The position numbers and the translations under genes are program-made. Below the pieces are notes generated by a model that saw nothing but the letters and a program-made list of their open reading frames with translations, was not told the origin of the DNA and ran no database searches. Below are positions 53,966-64,000 of a stretch of 64,000 nucleotides of DNA, piece after piece. Where the stretch lies: NCBI GenBank assembly GCA_951406725.2, contig OX597820.1, positions 66,340,001 to 66,404,000 of the forward strand. Reading direction: 5' to 3'. This DNA is from Octopus vulgaris. Taxonomy: Eukaryota. Each line of letters begins with the position of its first letter. The first letter of the stretch is position 1.

Positions 53966-54039
53966 ACTGTAACGTGATGCTGTGTACTTTGGAGTACAGT
54001 ACTCAGAATTAGATATGGTCAGAGAAACTGAAGAGAAGA

Positions 54040-54200
54040 GGGCCGCGCGGAAAGCATGATCCCTGCCAAGTCGCGAATTTTTTTTCCCACGAGAGTTTCG
54101 GTCCCCGGTAATGAATTCATTTGCATACAGCCAATCAGAGCTGACCTTGACCTTGTTATCAAGTGGACAAACACACTCTGCCAAGTAAACTCAAGGAGGT
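54040..54200. promoter_or_regulatory. Dense transcription-factor motif cluster (candidate enhancer or promoter)
   Basis: TTTCCCACG (CSL/Su(H), 54083-54091), ATGAATTCAT plus ATTTGCAT (POU octamer, 54111-54126), AGCCAATCAG (NF-Y, 54129-54138), TGACCTTGACCTTG (nuclear receptor, 54142-54155). Confidence 0.45.
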
Positions 54201-54397
54201 GTTGTGGGCCGGCCGATCGCCAAGTTACGCCTGATTTTAGAAGGAGACAAACAATGCCACTATTCTTCAAAATCCTGCTGCATTTCACATGGAATTTTTG
54301 GTCCTCCAAAGACCTACCATTTTGTTTTGGCTACAAACTTTGTTCTGAAAAATTCGACTTATATGCCAGAAAAAATGGTACATTTGCCTATAGAATA

Positions 54398-54822
54398 GGC
54401 GCAGGAGTGGCTGTGTGGTAAGTAGCTTCCTTACCAACCACATGGTTCTGGGTTCAGTCCCACTGCTTGGCACCTTGGGAAAGTGTCTTCTACTATAGCC
54501 TCGGGCCGACCAAAGCCTTGTGAATGGATTTGGTAGACGGAAACTGAAAGAAGCCCGGCGTATATATGTATGTATATATATATATATGTATGTGTGTGTG
54601 TATATGTTTGTGTGTCTGTGTTTGTCCCCCCAACATCGCTTGACGACCGATGCTGTAGTGTTTACGTCCCCGTAACTTAGCAGTTCGGCGAAAGAGACCA
54701 ATAGAATAAGTACTAGGCTTACAAAGAATAAGTCCTGGGGTCGATTTGCTCGACTAAAGGTGGTGCTCCGGCATGGCCGCAGTCAAATGATTGAAACAAG
54801 TAAAAGAGTAAGAGTAAAGAGT
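54398..54822 (+). mobile_element. SINE-B, full length, young
   Basis: GGCGCAGGAGTGGCTGTGTGG (A-box-like), GGTTCAGTCCC (B-box-like), GGCACCTTGGGAAAGTGTCTT (CORE-like), tail AAGAGTAAGAGTAAAGAGT. Confidence 0.9.
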
Positions 54823-56919
54823 AATACTCTACCACGTAACACGGACCATCGTTGTAGCTTATACGTCATCACTTATTGTTCATGCTAGAAACTGCACGCC
54901 AAGTCGTCATCATATTTGTAGAGTATTTTCCACCCCTTGGAATAAATTCATGTCTCTCAGTGAAGACCCTGTGCTTGCTTGAAATATAATTTTTCTGCCC
55001 GGTAGCAGGTAATTTAGTTGATCAAATATCTGACACGTCGTCGTCAAGCGACGGAGATCCACCACCAGCAATATTTCACTTGTAGGGTAGGTAGAACAGA
55101 ACAATCGTCCTTTTCATACATTTTTGTCTGTTTAAAATGTTCCAAACAAACATGAATGTATTAATCGTATCCTTCTTATGAAAGTGTTGATATATATATA
55201 TTTATCACACATAGGGCATGTTTATCGCACAACAAGCCTTTGGAGGTTTTAATGTTTAGGACTGGAATGAATACAGCGGTGGGGGCGGGGTTGCTGGTGG
55301 TGGTGGTGGTGGTGGTGGTGGTGGTGGTAGTCGTCGTCTTGGTGCTAGTTGTGGTGGTGATGGCTATCAGTTACGATGGCGATAGTATTAACGCTGGTAA
55401 GCAGTAAAGGCGTCAGGCGTGGTTGTAGTGGTATTGGTGGTAGTTGGTGGTGGTGGTGGTGTTATGATGGGTCTTGGTGATGTGATTGGCGGATGGTGTT
55501 GATAACGGTTATGATGCCGATGATAGTAATGATGGCATGGGATGATGTTGGTGATGTGGTGGTGATGATAGTTATGGTAATAGCGGGGGTCATAGTAACC
55601 GTTATGATTCTGGTGGTGGTGGTGGTGGTGGTGGTGGTTAGTGATGCTGTTGTACAAGCCCTAGGTCAGCCCCCCGAACAAGAAGGGCTGAAGTTCAAAA
55701 GCGTTCCAGCTACCTGTGACCATCCCGTTCTTAAACGACGTGGTTTGATTTGAGGAAGCTTTGACAGTTATTTCTACCAGTTTCAGCGAGCACGTAGTGG
55801 GTCCGTTTTCGAGTCGGGTTGTACTGTTTCTGATTATGGTGGTGATGATGATAATGATGGAAGTGGTGATGATGATGGAACTGATGATGGAACTGATGAT
55901 GTTGATTGTGATACTGTTTATTTTCCTGACATACACAACGATTTTGCGGGTTAACAATACCAAACACTAGGGTACACGCACGCACACGCACACATACACA
56001 CAGTAAAAAATACATATCCACGCACACTTGTACTTCTACATAAAACATACGCACACACAGAATACTTAAATTCAAATATGTATGCATTCTTATATTGGGT
56101 TGCGGCTTAACAAATTTTATTCAACAAAAACAATAACAATATTTAGCAAAAACATCTTTTAATTGACGGTCTGACCGTCTGTCTGCCAAGCAAATGAGAA
56201 GCAGTAATCGAAGTAGATGGTGATTATGCTCCGGAATAATCATTTTAAAATGTTGTTGTTACATGTTGTTATTGTTTTTGTTGAAAAACAAAGTCGCAAT
56301 AATTATTCACCAACCCAATATACACATATATATGTATGTGTGTGTGTGTGTATAATTATACATACATATACATATATATATATGTATATATATGTGTGTG
56401 TGTGTGTATTATATACATACATACACATATACATATATTATATACATACATACATAATATATACATAATATAATATATATACATATATTATATACATACA
56501 TACACGCATACAAACATTACACATAAATACATAGGTAGACATACATACAACTACTATACTTAAGCATATGCATATATACACGCACATATACATACACACA
56601 TACACGCACACAAACATACATACATACGGTGTCTGGTTTCAAATTGAAGCCGATGTCTTAATAGGATTTTAGTGAAAAATGGATCAATCTCTCCACCGAG
56701 ATTGACCTCAGATGACCCGTAAACATATTCGGGTTTCCATTTCGAAATTCAAGAATATAGTGAACTCTAAATATATCCACATGAGACACCCATAAAGAAA
56801 TCTAAAGGAACCAAAGTAATGGCGGCATTTCTCGAGAATTATTCTACTATATAGCAAGTTGTAGCAATTATGATAAAAAACCTTTGCGTTCGAAGTTCAC
56901 CGAAATCAGCTTTATTGTT

Positions 56920-57090
56920 CTTTCACTTGTTTCAGTCATTTGACTATGGCCATGCTGGAGCAGCGCCTTTAGTCGAACAAATTGACCCCTTCTTTGTAAG
57001 ACCAGTACCTATTTTATCGGTCTCTTTTGGCCGAACCGCTAAGTTACGGGAACATAAACACACTAACGTCGGTTGTCAAGCGATGGTAGG
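56920..57090 (-). mobile_element. SINE-B 3' half
   Basis: CTTGTTTCAGTCATTTGACT..GCCATGCTGGAGCA..CGGTTGTCAAGCGATGG. Confidence 0.8.
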
Positions 57091-57740
57091 TCATGCGCTG
57101 TTTATCTCGATATAAAATCACCATGTCGCGCGCATTTGGTCGTGATATATGTACCTGCAGTACCTTTATCAGGCGGGTAGTCATGATATTATATTCGGCT
57201 TCGCATACTTGTGGCCCAGTGTCACTTTGATGACAGGTGCTGCTCTTTCACTCAATAGTACATATATATGCGCGTATATGCATTTATTGGTACATGTATA
57301 CATATATATATATATTACAAGCAAGTTCGACGCCCATATACTTTTGCAAACGTGAAATATCAATCTTCCATTATAATTCCATTCATGTCTATGATGCTTT
57401 ATAGCAATATTAAGTCTAACCAGTACTTGATTGGCAATTTATTTACCGACCACAGAATGATGAAAGGCAAATTTGACCTGGGTAGGATTTGAATTTGTGA
57501 ACGTAAATGATCTTAATGAAGCACCGCAGTCATTTTGTCCAAAGCTTTAAAACTTCTATCAATCCACCATCTTTGTTTTCGTTGTGTGTTTATGTGTCTG
57601 TGTGTGTATGCGCGCGTGTGTGTAGTGAGAGATATTTCTGTATGCCTGTAGATATACATGCGTTATATTTATATATATATAATTATGTATATGTATTTAT
57701 AGGGGTATATATTTATATATACGTATATATGTATTTATAG

Positions 57741-57794
<54 letters not shown>

Positions 57795-57936
57795 TATATA
57801 ATACTCACAAAAGTACATAATTACGTATGCATACATATATGCATACATAGATTCATGCATACATACATATGTACATACATTTCTACATACCTCATTTAAT
57901 TACATTTACATTCTCTCTCCTTCACTAACTCACACA

Positions 57937-58024
<88 letters not shown>

Positions 58025-58214
58025 TAAACTCGCGCGCGGGCATATATTCGAGTTACAAAATGGTGACTGTCTTAAAACACTGTACATTGAGACGATGTCG
58101 CTGAATTATTTCTAGACCCAGCCAATATACAAATAGTTAAACGAAATAATTGACAGAAAACAAAAGATAAAGCAACAACAACTATAATATCTCTCGTGTT
58201 TTCACGTAATGTCG

Positions 58215-58359
58215 CTTCTTGTGGATTTTGCAAATGGAACGCAAACATACACAAGCATACATACATACATACATACATACATACATAACATACATACATA
58301 CATACATACATACATACATACATACATACATACATACATACATACATACATACATACAT

Positions 58360-58451
<92 letters not shown>

Positions 58452-58615
58452 TCCTTCTTGTGGATTTTGCAAATGGAACGCAAACATACACAAGCATACA
58501 TACATACATACATACATACATACATACATACATACATACATACATAACATACATACATACATACATACATACATACATACATACATACATACATACATAC
58601 ATACATACATACACA
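58215..58615. repeat. Tandem duplication (period 239 bp) of a unique segment plus (CATA)n/(CA)n
   Basis: CTTCTTGTGGATTTTGCAAATGGAACGCAAACATACACAAGCATAC at 58215 and 58454. Confidence 0.85.
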
Positions 58616-58989
58616 TACGCACGCGCGCTAACAAACGCATACATTCTAAAGTAAATACACTGATTACAAAATACTTCACTCAATAACAGATTATTAAATA
58701 CTTACTGAAACACATACATACACTTTTTAAACAAATACTCGAAACTATTCAATGAAAAATATATACAATTAATACAAAAGACACGAACAGAGAGAACAGG
58801 CACATTGTAAATAATGTTAACTGTTCACTGATATATAAACACAGATACAAACACATACATACAAATACATTAACACAATAAAACACACGCTGTACAAATA
58901 CTGGTAAATATTTAGTGACAAACGCAATACACACACATAACAGATACAAGGAGAACGACATATATGTATATATACACCTAGAAGACTAT

Positions 58990-59021
<32 letters not shown>

Positions 59022-60065
59022 CATACATCACAGAGATAAATACATACATGAATGCACAAATATGCTCCTATTCACTTGCTTACAAACATACATACATCAT
59101 ACATACATACATACATACATACATACATACGTACATATACATACATGCACATACATACATATAATATATATACATACACACACATCTAGAAGGCGCCTAG
59201 CGGATACAGAATATACACGACGTATAAACAAATACACCCATAGACACGCACCACATATCAGACATTAATACTCACGCACACATGCGCGCACGCACACACA
59301 CACACACACACACACACAACACACATTTAATACAGTTGTGATTTACACACATGTATATTATATTTACACACATAAATACACACATGTGATTATGCACATT
59401 TACATACTTACATAACGCACATTCTAATATAGAAATCCTTCGGTATTTGTACACAACATCATTTATCAACACATCCCCCCCCTCTTGACATAGATAAAGA
59501 GGCCAGGTTGAAAAAGAGGGTGAATGACGTCGTCTCCTCATACTGAAACCGTGTAGACCAATATCGAAAGATCACCTAATACATACTTGCACATACAAAT
59601 AGATACACATTTACACACATATTAAATATATACATGCTTGCACACACATATAGAGAAATGCACTTATACACATATTACGCCTGATGCACATACACCCTCA
59701 CAATACATAGATACTTACGCACACATACAAACATACTTGATTACACAAAGATACTCATACACATAGGCTTAAACACACTTGTATACTCATATACTAACAC
59801 ATACCTCTACACCTATACGAAACTATAAATACAAACCCCCGCAAATTCCAATGATTTAATTTTGAACATAAGCTGTCGTCTGTTTCATAATGGCGACTGA
59901 ATCGGAGAAGTGGAGAAGCGAATAATACAAATAGTGGTTGTCTCCGTGTCTTTTCATGAAACAACGGCAAACTTGCCATTCTGTTGCCTTCTTTTAATGT
60001 GTACATATTTGTTGATGTCTCTTTAACTGTGTACATATTTGTAGATGTTTAAAATTGTTTGTCTC

Positions 60066-60111
<46 letters not shown>

Positions 60112-60429
60112 TGTGTGTGTGCGTGCGTATGCATATATGTATGGTGGACTTTGTGTACGTACGTGTACTTTTTTTCTTCTTCTTATCTACAGGTAAAATA
60201 AACATTTATTTTGTACTAGAAATTATGTATGTGTGTATATATGTACGCATGTATTTGTGTATGCATTATGTATGTTTGTAGGTCCGTCAATATAATTTAC
60301 ACAGGTTCGTGCACACACATATATACCTTATATATATATATTATCAGTATAAATATACTAAAGTATATCAATATGTATATATATATATGTGTGTGTGTGT
60401 GTATTTATATATAATTGTATATGAATATT

Positions 60430-60443
60430 TGTGTGTATATATA

Positions 60444-60519
<76 letters not shown>

Positions 60520-60772
60520 TGTATATGTATATATGTATATATATATGTATATGTATATATGTATATATATATATATATGTATATGTATATATGTATATAT
60601 ATATATATATATACATATATGTATATGTATATATGTATATATATATATATATATACATATATTATATATATATGTATATGTATATGTATATATATGTATA
60701 TGTATATATGTATATATATATATATATACATATATTATATATATATGTATATGTATATGTATATATATGTAT

Positions 60773-60855
<83 letters not shown>

Positions 60856-60865
60856 CATACATACA
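60430..60865. repeat. Long compound (TA)n/(TATATG)n microsatellite
   Basis: Direct reading. Similar compound tracts lie at 6780-7200, 16030-16490, 35575-35740, 41160-41480 and 46980-47390. Confidence 0.95.
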
Positions 60866-61097
60866 CGCAGACGACAAACGAATTAATACAGCCGTTTGTA
60901 TGTTGTAAGGATTATTATGTACGTATTGTGTATCGTGTCAGTGAATCAGAACTATTTTTTGTATATATTTTATCGAATCTGTACACGTCTGTGTGGGCGT
61001 TTGATGTAGTTATTTAATGTAATCATGTTCACACATGTGTGTGAATTGTATATACGTTTCTTCGTAAGTTTGTTACATCTTTTTTTCTATCTATCTG

Positions 61098-61161
<64 letters not shown>

Positions 61162-61238
61162 GCTCAATACATTCACACATGCATACACACACACACTTGC
61201 ATTCAATTACTCAGACACGCACTCTGTGTGTGTGTGTT

Positions 61239-61287
<49 letters not shown>

Positions 61288-62422
61288 AATGTGTGTTTGT
61301 CCACATCCCGCAACACTGCTTGATAGCCAGTTTTGGTTTATCTTTAAAGTCTAGTGACTTGTATAGTCGCTCTCTTTCGCCGAGCCGCTAGATTACGGGA
61401 ACGTAAGCAAACCAGCACCGGTTGTCGAGCGGCGCTGGGTGACCAACACAGACATAGCAAAGACACTAACATATGTGTGTCTATCTATTATACATATATA
61501 TCTACAATCACGCAAATATGTATGTATATATGTCTGTTTGTCACACATACACATATATTCACACCTTGGGCTTCCATGCATTTTCCGTCTGCACGATTAG
61601 CTCATAGACGTTCGTCCAAGATACCATGCAAGGTCGATAGGGTGTGATTTGAGGGACATTTGGTTGCTATTTCACTCATTACCGGTGACTGAAGGACGTT
61701 AATAGTGGATTTAGTAGACAGAAAGTGAAAGAAGCCTCTCTCTCTATCCAAAAGAGAGAGAGAGAGAAACTGTTTACCTCAATTTTTCTGTCGTGTACTT
61801 ATATACATTATAATATAATTATAAGTTCTATACGTCTGGCTGAGACAATAGGTTAGCATTTTCTTTTTGTTTCCGTGTTTTTGTTTTTCCAAATCGTAAA
61901 AGCATCATAAAACTTTTAATTTTCTTTCTAGTCAAAAGGTGTGACACGCTGTGAGTTGAGAAATATAAAAAATAAATGTAAGAAATATATATATTTTTTA
62001 TTTTAGATTATTAACAAATTCGATGAAGGTGTGAGCGAGTACGAAGCTGATGATGACAAGCATGTGGATAATTATATTAGACATTTTTGTATTACCTAGG
62101 AAAATGATACAAACGATTAATGCAAGAGTGCAGTCTTCGGCGAAATAGCAGTGTTTAAAACTGTTTCGTTTTGTATTATTTGACGGTAGGGAATGTTACG
62201 CCGCCAACAACATTAACGCAGTGAAACAACTCAAGTGTTATCCGATTATTTGTGTAGTCGTCCAGTAAAGAGAGGGCACAAAAGGTGCTAGAAACGGGCG
62301 GTGGGAACCATCTTGAAGCGAGACTAAGGAGAAACCAGAATCGCGTGGAAACTCCCGTATATGCCTTTGCATTTAAACCCATTGATGGATATACCATTGG
62401 CGACAATACACACGCACACATA

Positions 62423-62691
62423 GTGAAGGCGCGTGGCTTAGTGATTAGAGTGTTAGGCCAGGTGGTGATCGCAAGATGGTGAGTTCGATTCTCGGCGACT
62501 CGTTGTGGCAATGAGCAAGACACTTTATTTCACGTTGCTCCAGTCTACTCAGCTGGCAAAAATGAGCAGTACCTGTTATTCGATGGGGCGGCCTTGTCGC
62601 GTTCTGTGTCACGCTGAATCTCCCCGAGAACTGCGTTAAGGGTACACGTATCTGTGGAGTACTCAGCCACATCAATTTCTCGAGCAGGCTG
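62423..62691 (+). mobile_element. tRNA-derived SINE, head C + tail 1 (3'-truncated)
   Basis: GTGAAGGCGCGTGGCTTAGTG..GAGCAAGACACTTTATTTCACGTTGCTCCAGTC..GAGCAGGCTGT. Confidence 0.85.
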
Positions 62692-63599
62692 TCACAGTAT
62701 CGACCAGACTATTCGATGTTGGTATAAATCACTGGTCACAGTGCTCTTCGCTTTGTTTTTGTTTTGTTTTTTCCTGCCTTTAACCCTCCAACGCAGAATA
62801 TTGGCCACTTATAACTGAATTCCATGTCGCATAATTTTTCGCTTCTGTACTTATACTCTGCCATGAATGTCCCCTTTTCTCTAGTTCCTTTTGTGTTAAT
62901 CTCCGCTACGAGTTCTTAAGCCCATCTTTCTTTCTATATCTATCCGGATTCCACTGTGAAGCACTTTTCGCTACATTTGGTGTATCTTTTCTAATTGTGT
63001 TACAAATCCACTTCCACTTTTTCTTAAATATTTGCTCCCTAATCGAAACTTGGTTTGTTCTTTGCCATAGCTCCATATTGCTTATGTGTTCGGGCCATCT
63101 AATTTTGAGTATACTACGCAAGCATCTGTTGATGAATTTGCTTATTTGACTTAACTGTTGTTCGCCATGTCTCAGCCCCATACAGTAACACCGCTTTTAC
63201 GTTAGTATTAAAACTTCTTATTTTGTTCTTTATTGAAATTGCACTTGCGCTCCATACTCTTTTTAACAAGTGAAAAGCGGTCCTTGCCTTACTTATTCTC
63301 GTCTTAATATCTTCGTCGGTGCCGCCTGAAAACGTTATCTTACTACCTAAATACGTAAACTTGGCTACATCCTCCAGTTCACCGGTTTCTAGTTTAATAC
63401 GTTCGCTGTTTTCTTCATTAACGTTTTGTTTTAGCCGTCGAATAACGCCACTCCGCTGGAGAGGCGAGTGGGCCGACATTCCAACCAATAGGAAGACCAT
63501 TCCATCGAAGGCTTAACTCATTTACATCTGAGTGGACTGAAAAGAAACTTTAATCTAGCAACCGTACATGCAATGCCGTAACCACTTGCCCACGCGCCT

Positions 63600-63603
<4 letters not shown>
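62692..63603 (-). mobile_element. SINE with C-like head + tail 2, split by an RTE insertion
   Basis: The 5' part (63603-63425) and 3' part (62759-62692) rejoin as ..GGCTAAAACAAA|GCGAAGAGCACTGTGACC.., colinear with 38111-38220. Confidence 0.7.
62760..63424 (-). mobile_element. 5'-truncated, decayed RTE-clade LINE (end of RT domain and C-terminus)
   Basis: Motifs FTYLGS, DIKTRISKARTAF, LLYGAETW, CLRSILKIRWPEHISN; one frameshift and an in-frame TAG at 62906-62908; ORF stop at 62780-62782; candidate TSD TTTGTTTT. Confidence 0.9.
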
Positions 63604-63641
<38 letters not shown>

Positions 63642-63699
63642 TTTCAAAACATGGCATTTTAAAATATTTCTCCGTATAAATCAAAAAAACATGATGAAC

Positions 63700-63845
63700 A
63701 CTGGGCTTCTTTCAGTTTCCAACTACCAAATCTACTTTGGTCGGTCCGGGGTCTAGCAGAAGACACTTGCCGTTCAGTGTGACTGAACCCTAGACCACAT
63801 AGTGTAGATTCAAACTTCTGAACCACACACCCACACCTCTGCACC
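63700..63845 (-). mobile_element. SINE-B 5' fragment
   Basis: GGGCTTCTTTCAGTTTCC..TAGCAGAAGACACTTGCC..GACTGAACCC. Similar fragments lie at 18170-18295, 36270-36455 and 61350-61620. Confidence 0.75.
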
Positions 63846-64000
63846 TAAGTAGCCAGTGTCTTGAAAATTTATTTTAATAGGTGAAGACCCCATTTAATAC
63901 ACACACACATATACCTAGTAAAATCTATATATGTTTTTGTTTGCTACTATTAGTTTCATGTTCTCAGAGCATGCCTGACAGTATTTTTAACACGTTTAGT

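Noticed and set aside
54398-54470. tRNA genes at SINE heads
   Set aside because: A- and B-box-like motifs are present, but the sequence continues into SINE bodies and I could not fold a complete cloverleaf.
62692-62790. SINE tail 2 as the natural 3' UTR of the adjacent RTE LINE
   Set aside because: The rest of the same SINE lies on the other side of the LINE, so this is an insertion into the SINE and not a shared tail.

Overview
This is AT-rich, microsatellite-saturated eukaryotic DNA. The repeat content suggests an octopod cephalopod such as Octopus (inference from the tRNA-derived SINE types, not a database match). I recognise no host protein-coding gene. Almost all listed ORFs are translations of simple repeats or SINEs, and the only protein-like segments are LINE 3' fragments (RTE clade at 24225-24410, 26245-26604 and 62760-63424; CR1-like at about 51600-51805). 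The window is dominated by several tRNA-derived SINE families (my labels A-D), DNA-transposon MITEs, a small Helitron-type element and three Penelope-like fragments carrying a non-canonical hammerhead motif. Splice signals weakly suggest the 5' non-coding part of a minus-strand transcript running off the left edge. The most notable observations are: SINE-A dimers that were inserted as single TSD-bounded units and share one palindromic junction; all four head-by-tail combinations of a modular SINE set; the variant hammerhead; a templated insertion that created a perfect 74-bp palindrome; and a 31-bp minisatellite at the 5' truncation point of an RTE insertion. I see no firm evidence of a wholly new system. 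Repeat boundaries were read by eye and are approximate unless a TSD or TIR is quoted.
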